From IMG/VR virus record IMGVR_UViG_2791354774_000003: 64,000 nucleotides of DNA; one strand, 5' to 3'. This document shows, piece after piece, positions 54,713 to 64,000 of the stretch. Origin of the DNA: a virus (Duplodnaviria; Caudoviricetes). Numbering within the stretch: position 1 is the first letter of the stretch; every line of letters starts with the position of its first letter. The position numbers and the translations under genes were made by a program. The notes under the pieces were generated by a model. It had not been told where the DNA came from, made no database searches, and saw only the letters and a program-made list of their open reading frames with translations.

Positions 54713-55650
54713 GCGGCTGCCCTCCGACCCTCGTTGAACACGTCGCACCAATCCGAGCCGAGGGTTTCGGGGATCTGGACGCGCGCTTTGACGGGCCGTT
54801 TCAGCAGGCGGCAGAGGCGCCGGGCGAGTGTGTAGGCGGCATGCTGCCCCGCGAACTGGGCATCCGCATCGCCGAAGATGACCACCTCATCGGTTCCCGG
54901 CGGCGGCTCCCACTTCGCCAGCATCGTCGCGTTGAGAGCGGCCCAAACCGGGATGCCGAACAACGATGCGGCAGCGAAGGCCGTCTCGATGCCCTCGGCG
55001 ATTCCGAGGATAGGCCCTGGCGGGAACAACCGAACCGCGGAGCCATCAGGCAGCGGGCCGGGCATTAGACGGCGGGGAGCTTCTAGGTCCGCCTTCCGCC
55101 CGTCCGCTGTCAGATAGGTGCGATGGATGTTCGCGCCGTGCCCGTCTGGCGCAACCACCTTGGCAAGCATGCCGGGGTGGTACGACGGCGGGGTGTCCGA
55201 GTAGCGCAGGCGCTCCACCGTTCGCAGGCAGTCAGGCACGGCAACGAGGCCAACCCGAGCCGCGAGGTAGCGGGAAACGGCATCGCCACGCTTGACCGGC
55301 TTGGAGGCTTGCCAGAGGGCGTTCAAACTTTTCCGGGTGTCTGCCTCGTCTCGCCCCTTCCTCGGAGCTGTAGGCTTAACCTCGCCAATCAGAGGGGCCA
55401 TCCGCTCGGCAAGTTCCTTGAAGTCGATGCCGAGCGTCCGCATCGCGAGGTCGGCACCATCGCCGGCCCCGCAGTGATTGCAGATCCAGGTGCCCCGGCC
55501 TTCCAGGTCATCGAACCGGAAGCGGGTCTTGCCTCCGCAAATCGGGCACGGTCCATTCTTGCGGCCAGACAGGAAGCGGCTGTCCACGCCTAGCATCGGC
55601 AGCAAGCCCGCCCACCGGCCGCGGGCGCGCTCACTCAGCGGCGGCAGCAT
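54709..55650 (-). CDS. P4 alpha-like primase (Zn finger plus TOPRIM)
   Basis: GPCPICGGKTRFRFDD...CNHCGAGDG; IAEGIETA; IFGDAD. Confidence 0.9.
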   Translation of the reverse strand: MLPPLSERARGRWAGLLPMLGVDSRFLSGRKNGPCPICGGKTRFRFDDLEGRGTWICNHCGAGDGADLAMRTLGIDFKELAERMAPLIGEVKPTAPRKGRDEADTRKSLNALWQASKPVKRGDAVSRYLAARVGLVAVPDCLRTVERLRYSDTPPSYHPGMLAKVVAPDGHGANIHRTYLTADGRKADLEAPRRLMPGPLPDGSAVRLFPPGPILGIAEGIETAFAAASLFGIPVWAALNATMLAKWEPPPGTDEVVIFGDADAQFAGQHAAYTLARRLCRLLKRPVKARVQIPETLGSDWCDVFNEGRRAAA

Positions 55651-57112
55651 AGGTCGGCTCCTTGCGGCGATTGGCGAAAGCGATCTGGCGGGACTTGATC
55701 CAGCCGAGGATTTCGGGCGTCGGCTCCACGTCCGGCGCGAGGCGGTGCGCGTTCGGCCAGACACCAAACATTTCCTTGAATTTGTGGGCGGCCCATCCCT
55801 CTCGGAGGCGCCGGCTCTTGGCGTAGGAGCGGAGTTGCCCGAACACGAACGCCTTCTCGTCGGCCTTCGCCTTCTTGCGGATCGGCGTCATCTCCACGAG
55901 TTGCCCGTCCTCGCAGACGATCTCGCTCTGACGCTCCGGCTTGAACCCGCAGGCTGGGCACTTCGGCGTCTTGGCGGGCTTGAGGAAGTTGCAGGCGCTG
56001 CACTCCTTCGGCAGGGCTTCCGGCTTCTGCCGAGCCTCCGCCTTCTGGCGCTCGCGGCCATCGTCCAACACGTCGTGGTGGATGTCCGTGACGAAGCCGA
56101 GCCGCAGAGTGGAATCGCTATGATCGAGCAGGATTAGGTGGTCTTTGCCGGGCGCCGTACGGAGGCCCCGCCCGACGATCTGTGTGTAGAGCATTTCCGA
56201 GCGTGTCGGCCGACAGAGGCAGATGCAGCGCACGTCTAGATCGACACCCGTCGTCAGGCACCCAACGCTGGCGATCACGCGCAGTTCTCCGGCAGAGAAT
56301 CGCTTGAACATCGCCTCCCGCTCGTCCGGCTTCGTGTAGGCGTCGATGTAGCCGCAGCCGATGCCGGCCTTCTCGAACTCGCCTTGAAGATGCTTGGCGT
56401 GCGCCCGATCGACGGCGAACACGAAGGTCGGCCGGTTCTCCCCGCGCTGGCGCCAGGTCGTAACCACGTCGGCCACCAGAGCGGGCTTGTTCATCGCCTC
56501 GCTTAGGTCGCCCTCGTGGTAGTCGCCGGCGACGGTGCGGACCTTGCCGAGGTCAGGATGCGACGGCGCATAGACCCGGAACGGCGACAGATAGCCGGCC
56601 TCGATCAATTCGGCGGTCGTCGTGACTTGGATCAGGTCGTCGTAGTGCTTGCCGAGGCCGCGCGTCCAAGGCGTGGCGGACAGGCCGATGAAGGGGACCT
56701 TCTGCCAGCCGTCGTCGCGCATCCACTGCCCGACCATCTCGAACCAGCGGTGAGCCTCATCGATCATCACCAGGTCGAACGGCGGGATCGCGCGCCGCTG
56801 GAGGGTCTGAACGGATGCGACCTGGACCGGCGCGGCCGAGTTCGTCATCGGGTGATTGCCCTGGATCACACCGATGTCACGGATGCCCTCCGCGTAGAAC
56901 GAGCGCACCGTCTGGTCGATCAGCGCGATTGCGGGCACGACGAACAGGACGCGCTTGCCCTTAGCTCGGGCGTTCTTGACGATGGCGCCGGCCAGAACGG
57001 TCTTCCCAAAACCCGTGCTGGCTTGGAGCATCGGGCGGCGGAAGCCGGCCATGAGCGAGGAGCGAAGGCTGTCGAGCGCCTTGACCTGATGGGGGTGGAG
57101 GGTGCGGCTCAT
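55631..57112 (-). CDS. SF2 DEAH helicase with C-terminal Zn finger
   Basis: STGFGKT, IDEAH, LSATP, QIVGRGLR. Confidence 0.92.
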   Translation of the reverse strand: MSRTLHPHQVKALDSLRSSLMAGFRRPMLQASTGFGKTVLAGAIVKNARAKGKRVLFVVPAIALIDQTVRSFYAEGIRDIGVIQGNHPMTNSAAPVQVASVQTLQRRAIPPFDLVMIDEAHRWFEMVGQWMRDDGWQKVPFIGLSATPWTRGLGKHYDDLIQVTTTAELIEAGYLSPFRVYAPSHPDLGKVRTVAGDYHEGDLSEAMNKPALVADVVTTWRQRGENRPTFVFAVDRAHAKHLQGEFEKAGIGCGYIDAYTKPDEREAMFKRFSAGELRVIASVGCLTTGVDLDVRCICLCRPTRSEMLYTQIVGRGLRTAPGKDHLILLDHSDSTLRLGFVTDIHHDVLDDGRERQKAEARQKPEALPKECSACNFLKPAKTPKCPACGFKPERQSEIVCEDGQLVEMTPIRKKAKADEKAFVFGQLRSYAKSRRLREGWAAHKFKEMFGVWPNAHRLAPDVEPTPEILGWIKSRQIAFANRRKEPTYAAAAE

Positions 57113-57867
57113 CGGGCCACCTCCACCGTGCGACGACAGACACGAGCCGTGGGATGCCCGCCAGATCGCGCAGGGCGACTCAGGGCGGCTTTCAGCGCCT
57201 CGTCGTGAGGCAGGGTGCCGAAATCGGTTTTCGCCCGTCCTGGGCCACCTGAGCCGTAAAGCGCCTCATCCGCTCTCGCCAGCCAATCGTCGGCCGACTT
57301 GTCCGAGCCGCGAGATGAGGGGGGGCTGTAGTCGAAATCCCCGAACGGGTCGGCGTCTGCCTCAGCCCATCGCGTGGGGTACAGAGCTACATCCTGAAAC
57401 CCTTGTTCACGGCTAGGAAGGAGGTTCCTTTGGTTTCCTGTTAGGTTCTTTCCCCGGCACGTGGTGCCGCTAACCTGTCCTTCATATGCCGCTAACCCGT
57501 CCTTAATATGCCGGTAACCTCCTTTGTTATTTCCGGCACCTGGTGCCGCTAAGGGGGCCTCGGCGGTGGCCGGTTCGGGCTCCACCATCAGGTCGAAGTC
57601 ATGCCCGGTAATGAGGGTGATAAGGTCCGACGCTCGCCCACCGTAGCCGTTACCTCTGTGCTGCCGGACGATGACGCCGCCCGCTTCCAACTCGGCCAGC
57701 ACGAGCCGGACGGTGCGAACCGCTAGGCCCGTCTCCGAGGCAAGCAGGGCCTGCGACGGCCAGCACTTGTCTTCCTTGTCGGCACGGTCGGCGAGCGCGT
57801 TGAGGACGACACGGCACGTCGTGCGAACGCGCTGGCGCTTGGCCCACTTCATGGCGGTGACGCTCAT
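57109..57867 (-). CDS. HTH replication-initiator-like protein
   Basis: LADRAD...CWPSQALLASETGL. Confidence 0.8.
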   Translation of the reverse strand: MSVTAMKWAKRQRVRTTCRVVLNALADRADKEDKCWPSQALLASETGLAVRTVRLVLAELEAGGVIVRQHRGNGYGGRASDLITLITGHDFDLMVEPEPATAEAPLAAPGAGNNKGGYRHIKDGLAAYEGQVSGTTCRGKNLTGNQRNLLPSREQGFQDVALYPTRWAEADADPFGDFDYSPPSSRGSDKSADDWLARADEALYGSGGPGRAKTDFGTLPHDEALKAALSRPARSGGHPTARVCRRTVEVAR

Positions 57868-58214
57868 TGCTCGCCTCCCTTCATGGAGGCAGCCACGAGA
57901 TCGTCAGCCGTCCGATATGCCACCTCGGCGGCATAGGGCAGGCCGGAAGCCTGAGAGACGGTCGAGGCACCGTAGCGGATCAGGCTCTCGCCGAACTCCA
58001 CCACATGCCGGAAATCACCGGAGCCTCTGGCGCGCCGCACGAGGTCGTCGCGCAACGCCCTCAGGGCGTCGTTCGCGGCTCGGTAGAGAGCAGGATCGGC
58101 GTTGAGCCTAGGCATGACATCGGACATGACGAAGCCGTTCCGAGAAGCGCAGACGCGCTCGATTGCAGAGAGGCGGTGACGGACGGGAAGGCGCGTCAGG
58201 TCACGGCGGCGCAC
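57864..58214 (-). CDS. Hypothetical protein
   Basis: Operon coupling. Confidence 0.5.
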   Translation of the reverse strand: MRRRDLTRLPVRHRLSAIERVCASRNGFVMSDVMPRLNADPALYRAANDALRALRDDLVRRARGSGDFRHVVEFGESLIRYGASTVSQASGLPYAAEVAYRTADDLVAASMKGGEQ

Positions 58215-58515
58215 GGATCTGCGCTTTGTCCTTCGGCTTCAGATGGGCTCGGAAAGTCGTGGCCTCGCTGTCGTGGCGGGGCAGGAGGCGCGTCAGGAAG
58301 CGCGCTGTGTCGGCGTGAGCCTTGGCGCGGACGCGGTTGCGGCGCTCGGCTTCCTTGGTGCCCTCGGCGTCGCTAATGCGGCCTTGGTTGGCTTCGTGGC
58401 GAGCGTGAGCCTCAAGGCCGTCAGCGAGGTCGGAGCAGCTTCTGGCGCTGTTCTCGTTCCACTCGACAAGGCGCTCAAGGCGCTGCAATTCGGCGAAGGA
58501 CAGGGGGGCGCTCAT
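58201..58515 (-). CDS. Hypothetical protein
   Basis: RBS GGAGGG; MSAPLSFAEL... Confidence 0.55.
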   Translation of the reverse strand: MSAPLSFAELQRLERLVEWNENSARSCSDLADGLEAHARHEANQGRISDAEGTKEAERRNRVRAKAHADTARFLTRLLPRHDSEATTFRAHLKPKDKAQIRAPP

Positions 58516-58651
58516 GACGGCTCTCCCTCCCCTTCCCAGATCATCAGCACGGACCAATGGCCGTGATTGCCCGGCAGAGGGCCGAGGTTGCGCCAGCCGG
58601 CGGCCTCCATGGTCGGCACGTCCGCGTGCCGGGCGTAGCGAAGCCAGGAGA

Positions 58652-59338
58652 TCACAAGAATGCCCGCTGCTGCGCCTTCTCGGGACGAGCCGCCGCGAAC
58701 ATGTCCGGACGGGCCGCAGCCTTCTCCAAACGCCTGCAGGCGGTGTCGAAGTGCTTCGGGTCCAGTTCGATGCCAACGAACGGGCGCCCGAGACGGGCTG
58801 CGGCCACGCCGGTCGTGCCGCTGCCGCAGAAGGGGTCAAGGACAAGTCCTTCCGTCCACTCCAGCACAGCAAGCATCAGTTGGACCGGCTTCTCGGTCGG
58901 GTGATGCTCATTACCCGTGCGCGGAGCGATGATGACGTCGTTCGGACGCCCCTTCGGGAAGCGATGCTCCGGGCCAGGATAGAAGAGCGCGACTTCGGTC
59001 TGCCGACCGTGCTCGTGCTCCAAGTCACCCATCGACCAGTTGTTCTTGACCCAGGTGACAAGGCTCTTCGGCTTTGGCACTGAGACAAGATTGTCCCACC
59101 GGCAGAAGATGTAGCGCGAGTGCAAGACCGGCACGCTGCAGCACCAGATGAGCGCGGCATCGTCCTTGTCGTTGGCGATCGCGTCGTGCTTCACCGCTCG
59201 AAAGTTGGACCGAAAAGCCATGCCGTAAGGAGGATCGGTTGCGAGCGCGCCAGGAACCGGCAGCGTCGGCACGATCTCTCTGCTGTCGCCACAGATGATC
59301 TGCACATCATCGGAGATCTGTTCGACGCGATAAGTCAC
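58652..59338 (-). CDS. N4/N6 DNA methyltransferase (beta class)
   Basis: DPPY...HPTEKP...LDPFCGSGTT. Confidence 0.92.
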   Translation of the reverse strand: MTYRVEQISDDVQIICGDSREIVPTLPVPGALATDPPYGMAFRSNFRAVKHDAIANDKDDAALIWCCSVPVLHSRYIFCRWDNLVSVPKPKSLVTWVKNNWSMGDLEHEHGRQTEVALFYPGPEHRFPKGRPNDVIIAPRTGNEHHPTEKPVQLMLAVLEWTEGLVLDPFCGSGTTGVAAARLGRPFVGIELDPKHFDTACRRLEKAAARPDMFAAARPEKAQQRAFL

Positions 59339-59772
59339 GCATTCACCTCCGGCATGCTGATAGGGCCAGCCGCAGGGGCGACGACGACAACCACCTCGGA
59401 TGTCTCGTCTTGCCACCAGAGGCCGATGTGCTCGGCGGCGCGGTCGTTGCGGATCACGCCGTGGATCTGAAGAAAATCCGAAGTGACCTTCAGCAAGTTA
59501 TCGAGGTCGAAGTTGCGCTCGCGCGGCAATCCGAGATGCAGGACGTATCGGCCACTGATGCGACCGGGGCGCTGCTCTGCAAGGCGCCAGCCGGCGTCCC
59601 TGAGCCAATCCTTGTAAGGATCTGACCGCCGGATGCCGCCGCCCTTGCGAGGCGCATGCATGTCGTTGACGCTCACCGGAACCGGCAGGCGCAGGACGAC
59701 GCGCTCGGCGTCCTGGCGCTGGTTGAAGGCGGCGAGCGTCGTCGCGGCGCGGAGGCGAGCGGCGCTAGTCAC
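59335..59772 (-). CDS. RusA-like Holliday junction resolvase
   Basis: PVSVN...DLDNLLK...D...GVIRNDR. Confidence 0.85.
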   Translation of the reverse strand: MTSAARLRAATTLAAFNQRQDAERVVLRLPVPVSVNDMHAPRKGGGIRRSDPYKDWLRDAGWRLAEQRPGRISGRYVLHLGLPRERNFDLDNLLKVTSDFLQIHGVIRNDRAAEHIGLWWQDETSEVVVVVAPAAGPISMPEVNA

Positions 59773-60191
59773 TTCGCGCCCTGATCCACCAGCGGAGCCA
59801 CCAGGGCAGCGGCTTCCTTGCCGTGCGATGAGCGACCCCCTGTCGGGCCATCCAGAGATCGATCCGCCTCGTAAGCCATCGCATCGTCGCCCTCTCCGAG
59901 CGCGCGAAAACGCGCCCACTCCAACTCGGCTTGAGCCTCCAACCGGTCGCACTCGGCGCGGTAGGCGGCGTGAATGTTGAGGAAGGTGTCGGCGTCGAGC
60001 CGGATCGGCTGACGGCCGAGGAACTTGCGCACCCATGAAGCGGTCGCGCCGATCTTCCGGCCAACGTCGTCGTAGGCGTTCATCCGCGAGCCGCTGCGGC
60101 GCTCTGCGAGATCAACGAGAGCACCGACGCGAGGGAACGCGAGATCGGCAGCGGTCGTCATTGTTCGTTTCCGGGCAATTTTTGTCCGCAC
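59769..60191 (-). CDS. Hypothetical phage regulatory protein
   Basis: HTH-like VGRKIGATASWVRKF; RBS GGAGG. Confidence 0.55.
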   Translation of the reverse strand: MRTKIARKRTMTTAADLAFPRVGALVDLAERRSGSRMNAYDDVGRKIGATASWVRKFLGRQPIRLDADTFLNIHAAYRAECDRLEAQAELEWARFRALGEGDDAMAYEADRSLDGPTGGRSSHGKEAAALVAPLVDQGAK

Positions 60192-60656
60192 TCAAACAAT
60201 CCTCCGTGTGAGCTTGTGAGCGTCACAGAGGGGTTCGAGCGGTGCAGACAGAAAGGACGGATCGGGTACGCAACACTGAAAACGGCGCGGCCGAGAGCTT
60301 GCAGGCTGGAGCGGACGCGCAGGGGAAAGCCGAAAGCCCGGCAAGGCAGACGGCGGACAAAGGAGACGACCAAGCCGGCAAGCGAGGTCGTCAGAAAATG
60401 GCCCGGCTCGTGCGAATGCACGGCGGGCTGGTGATTGAGGGCGGACGATGAGGCGGGTAGCATCACGCAGCCTCGCCCGAGCGATGCCAGACCGAGCCGC
60501 GAGAAAGCGGGTCTACTGGCAGGCCGTCCGACGCGAGATGCGACAGGTGCAAGCCACCCTTGGCTTCGCAGCCCTGGCCGAGCCGCATCCGCGCTTCATG
60601 CAGATGCATCCGTATTGGGCGCATCTGGCAGCCGAGGATGAGTTTTGAGGGGGCGG

Positions 60657-61142
60657 TCATGCCCGCACCTCGGCAAAGGTCGAGAGCGAGCAGTGCCGGC
60701 GAACAGCGGCGATCACGGCCGGGACCGGAACGCCCGTGAACCGCTCGATCTCGTCCAGCGTCAGACCCGCCGCATGCAGGCAAGCGACCCCATGGGACGG
60801 GTCCAGGCCATCACGATCAACGACGAGAAGCTGTCGGCGAAGCGAGCGAGCGAGCCGCGTCGGATGATCGTCAGGACGGGACGCATAAGCGCATGCCGCA
60901 GCCTTCGACGGCTTGCCGGGTCGCTTCGTCGGGCGCAGCGGATCTCTGCCGGACACGGGGCGGCGCCTCTGCCGCCAAGCGTTCTCAAAGCCGAGTTCGC
61001 GAGCGCGCTTGACCACGAAGTCTCGGCTGATGCCGATGCGGGCCGCTGCCTGATAGCCGTTCAGCCCATCATCAAGAGCGGCGACGATCTCGTCATCGAA
61101 CCGCTCGCCGTAGGCTTCGCCGCGTTGGAAATCGGGGTGCAT
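60657..61142 (-). CDS. GcrA-like HTH protein
   Basis: AAARIGISRDFVVKRARELG. Confidence 0.55.
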   Translation of the reverse strand: MHPDFQRGEAYGERFDDEIVAALDDGLNGYQAAARIGISRDFVVKRARELGFENAWRQRRRPVSGRDPLRPTKRPGKPSKAAACAYASRPDDHPTRLARSLRRQLLVVDRDGLDPSHGVACLHAAGLTLDEIERFTGVPVPAVIAAVRRHCSLSTFAEVRA

Positions 61143-61441
61143 CTCAGCGCCCCACCAGCAGGAGGACAGCGCCGACAGCCAGAAGCGAGCCGGGAATGGC
61201 GATGACGATGCCGTGCTCTTCACGCTCGAAGCTGCCGACCACAGCCGCACGCTGAGCGAACAGGGCCGCCAGAGATGCGAACCACAGCGAGATCACCGCT
61301 CAGTCCTCCAATGCATCTGAGGGAAGAGATCACCGCGCTTGGCGGAGGCGATGGCGAGACCGCCGCAGACAGCGAAGGTCGCCAGGACCATCGCGAGGCC
61401 GAAGGCACCGAAGATGCGGCAGAGTCGGATATCGCGAGGGC

Positions 61442-62263
61442 TCATGCCGCCCCCCGGTCGAAGACGGGGGTGTCGAGCACAGCGCCGATGTCGGTCAGAA
61501 ATTTCTCGCGCGCATCAGGGTGCGCATTCTCCCATGCACGCACGAGGGCGCGGTGATCCTTGTTGATGATCTCGAAATCATTGCGGGGCGGGTCGGATGG
61601 ACCGATTGGCTTGCGCGGCGCCTGAACAGCGGCCAACTCGCGTTGAACGCGCGCTTCTTGCTCATTCGGGCCGAGCTTCTTGAGCTTGTCGAGGTAGTTT
61701 CCCTTATCGAGGTGTGTGCCAGCCACGAGAGCAAGGGCGCGCTCGCTGATCTTCTCGCCACGCTCGGCGTCGCGCTGCACGGCGCGTTCAGAGCGCCCGG
61801 TAGCTGCGGCGGTCTCCGCGCTGAACCTCTCAGAGCAGTCGCCAACTTGGCGACTGCTGTCGTGTTGATTGACGCCGTGCCGAGTCTCGGGGTGAAGCTC
61901 TTCGTAAATTGCCTTGCGGCGAGCCGTGCCACGAGCCCGGTCAGCAGGCGACAACTCTGCCCGCATCAGATTTTCATCGATCATGGCCAACTCGGCGCGG
62001 AGGTCGTCGTCAGCGACGACGATGCAAGGCACGAGTTCCAGGCCCAGCTTGCGACACGCACGCAGGCGGTGAGAGCCTGCCGTAACCTCGTAGGCGTCGG
62101 TGTCCTCACCATCCACGTGCTTCCGCGCCGGGCGTACCCGAAGCGGATTGATGACCCCGATTTCGCGGATGCTCTCCATGAGGCCGCGCACGGCGGCCTC
62201 ATCAATCTTGCGCGCGTCCTGCCGCGTGAAGACGTGCGAAATCGGAAGGTCTTGAGGCAGCAT
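61442..62263 (-). CDS. ParB N-terminal domain protein
   Basis: LMESIREIGVINPL...AGSHRLRA...IDENLMRAELSP. Confidence 0.88.
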   Translation of the reverse strand: MLPQDLPISHVFTRQDARKIDEAAVRGLMESIREIGVINPLRVRPARKHVDGEDTDAYEVTAGSHRLRACRKLGLELVPCIVVADDDLRAELAMIDENLMRAELSPADRARGTARRKAIYEELHPETRHGVNQHDSSRQVGDCSERFSAETAAATGRSERAVQRDAERGEKISERALALVAGTHLDKGNYLDKLKKLGPNEQEARVQRELAAVQAPRKPIGPSDPPRNDFEIINKDHRALVRAWENAHPDAREKFLTDIGAVLDTPVFDRGAA

Positions 62264-62266
62264 GGA

Positions 62267-63325
62267 TTACGCCTCGACCTTCGGCACAGAGCCCATGATC
62301 TGGATCTTGCCAAGCGTCTTGCCCTTGCGCATGGCGTTCCAAGCGCGCACCACCGCCTCGAACCGATCAGGTTGGCGCATCTTCGGATCGTTGATGAAGC
62401 GCTCGCGCAGGACAAAGATCGGGCTGTCGGGCTTCAAGTTGCTGCCGTCCAGAAGCCTGTCGATAAAGACGGCTCCCATGGTAGCGTCCGCCCGCGCCAA
62501 CACGATCCGGCAGAGCACAACAAAGGAAAGCGAGCCCACCAGACGAGATGTCTTCTGCACGCAAGAGAGATGGAAGGCGATCTCTCGTTCATTCTCGGCG
62601 GCCACGACCAGACTTTCAGCCTTTGTGGGCCAAGTCCGTTGCTTGCTCTTGCCGTTCGAAGAAAGATGGCCGAGCTTCTGATACTGCCACAGCATCCGAG
62701 CAACTGTGGCGGCCACTTTCGTGTTATCGCCGCCACCCTGCATATCGAGGTAGTCGGCTACGGTGCGCGCGCCGCCTTGATCCAGCGTCAGGCGAGAGGA
62801 GCGAGTGACTCCGAAGGTGATGATCGTGCGGAAAGTGACCCCGGACTCAACGCAGGCGATCAGACGATGCTGGCCGTCGTTGAGCAGGCCGTCCTTCGAG
62901 ACGATGATCGGCTCGCCGTTGAGGACATAGCGACCGCTTTCGAGATCGGCGCGGATCTCGCCGATGCGCTTCTTGCTGAGGTTCCGATTGTCGGGGTTTT
63001 TATTCAGGAGCAGCGCCGCAATTTCCGGGGTGATACTCGCTTGTTCCGAGAAAACTTCCTTCTCGCCGCGCGCCATCTGCGCGATGTACCACTGCTCCGC
63101 ATGCGACTGACTGCGGTTGATGCCATCATTGCGTCCAACAAACCGACGTTCGGTGCCACTCGTCTGTGGCGCGCGAGCCTGCAACATGGTATCTCTTCCT
63201 CTGCTTTGACTAACTGGGCGCGCCGCTTCGCCGGCTGCGCCCTTTCTTTTGTCCGCGACACAATCGGCCGTCGGGTCGAAGTTCTGAATGGAGATGCGCG
63301 GGAGTGTGATCGGGCGGCGGGTCAT
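62267..63325 (-). CDS. ParB/Srx-like domain protein
   Basis: ITPEIAALLL..N..NR...LNDGQHRLIA...DQGGART. Confidence 0.7.
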   Translation of the reverse strand: MTRRPITLPRISIQNFDPTADCVADKRKGAAGEAARPVSQSRGRDTMLQARAPQTSGTERRFVGRNDGINRSQSHAEQWYIAQMARGEKEVFSEQASITPEIAALLLNKNPDNRNLSKKRIGEIRADLESGRYVLNGEPIIVSKDGLLNDGQHRLIACVESGVTFRTIITFGVTRSSRLTLDQGGARTVADYLDMQGGGDNTKVAATVARMLWQYQKLGHLSSNGKSKQRTWPTKAESLVVAAENEREIAFHLSCVQKTSRLVGSLSFVVLCRIVLARADATMGAVFIDRLLDGSNLKPDSPIFVLRERFINDPKMRQPDRFEAVVRAWNAMRKGKTLGKIQIMGSVPKVEA

Positions 63326-63552
63326 GCCGCCTCCGCAGGCGCGGGGATGAACGACGCGGCGCTCACCGGCTTGTCGTGCTTGATGGCGTACCCGAGGAGC
63401 TTGCCGACGTGCTTCTGAGGGATGAAGCCGCCCGTGCCGCCCTTCGAGCGCGGGCGCATCCAGTTAGAGACGCGCGTCCGGTGGACGCCGACGATCTCAG
63501 CGACTTTGGATGGCCCTCCGAGGGCTCTGACTATCGAGGCAGCCGGTTCCAT
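63322..63552 (-). CDS. cro: Cro-like regulator
   Basis: IVRALGGPSKVAEIVGVHRTRVSNW...GGTGGFIP; divergent from CI. Confidence 0.8.
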   Translation of the reverse strand: MEPAASIVRALGGPSKVAEIVGVHRTRVSNWMRPRSKGGTGGFIPQKHVGKLLGYAIKHDKPVSAASFIPAPAEAA

Positions 63553-63560
63553 GCGCCGGT

Positions 63561-63636
63561 TGTAGCGCATATCGCTACGACGGCGCAAGTGGGTGTAGCG
63601 AACTTAGTCACGGACGCGCGTCGCGATAGGCGCTAC
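63561..63636. promoter_or_regulatory. OR-like triple operator between cro and cI
   Basis: TGTAGCGCATATCGCTAC, TGTAGCGAACTTAGTCAC, GTCGCGATAGGCGCTAC. Confidence 0.65.
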
Positions 63637-63645
63637 GCCGAACCT

Positions 63646-64000
63646 ATGTTACAGGGGTGGGTCACAGACGCGCTGAAGCACTCGAAGCTCTCACAGGCAG
63701 AGCTTGCGAGGCGGCTAACTGCGCATCTGCACCGCGCTATTGATCGTGCCGCCGTCAACAAAATGACGCTAGGCAAGCGAGCTGTAGCCGGCGACGAAAT
63801 GATTGCGATCGAGGAGATCACCGGCTTCCCGGCTCCTCTTGAGAATGCCGACGGTCTCGTCAAGGTGCCGATGCTGGATAGCCTCGTGAGCGCCAGCAAT
63901 CTGTCTGCGCGTGAAGCCGTGAAGGCTGAAGACGTTGAACGCTACATCGCTGCCAGCGATCTTCCGCCCGGAGATTGGATTGCCCTCTCAGTTGAGGGCG
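63646..64000 (+). CDS. cI: CI-like repressor (HTH plus start of S24 domain), truncated by the window edge
   Basis: MLQGWVTDALKHSKLSQAELARRL...VPMLDSLVSAS...IALSVEG. Confidence 0.8.
   Translation, partial: MLQGWVTDALKHSKLSQAELARRLTAHLHRAIDRAAVNKMTLGKRAVAGDEMIAIEEITGFPAPLENADGLVKVPMLDSLVSASNLSAREAVKAEDVERYIAASDLPPGDWIALSVEG

Larger units (their letters stand above)
1840..64000. mobile_element. Temperate prophage with contractile tail, inserted at tRNA-Gln; extends beyond the window
   Basis: Head, tail, baseplate, lysis, replication and Cro/CI modules start right after the tRNA; integrase and second att not in window. Confidence 0.93.

Noticed and set aside
61520-63418. Long + strand ORFs (632 aa here; also 38801-40429, 43007-44278, 36723-37826)
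   Set aside because: Antisense shadows of well-supported - strand genes in GC-rich DNA.

Overview
GC-rich alphaproteobacterial DNA (Methylobacterium-like, my inference). About 1.8 kb of host sequence (LuxR-type response regulator, a degraded ORF, tRNA-Gln(CTG)) is followed by a temperate myovirus-type prophage that starts at the tRNA 3' end and runs past the right edge; no integrase is in the window. Gene order: + strand accessory genes containing an ISL3 cargo transposon (8023-11782); - strand lysis, tail fibre/spike and baseplate genes; a 6.8-kb moron block; tape measure, tube, sheath, head, portal and terminase; an RNA-structure-rich late leader with tRNA-Thr; NusG-like antiterminator; replication genes; Cro; and a partial CI. 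Top finding: the moron block holds a nuclease-less Nop/IS110-Tnp-fold protein (TasA-like) with six stem-closed units of the form CC(A/G)-N9-(T/C)G-N4-CC(A/C)-N9-(T/C)G. This looks like a TIGR-Tas-type RNA-guided system whose guides are scattered through an XRE-regulated operon, four of them inside the Tas ORF. All family calls come from motif recognition by eye; no database searches were run.
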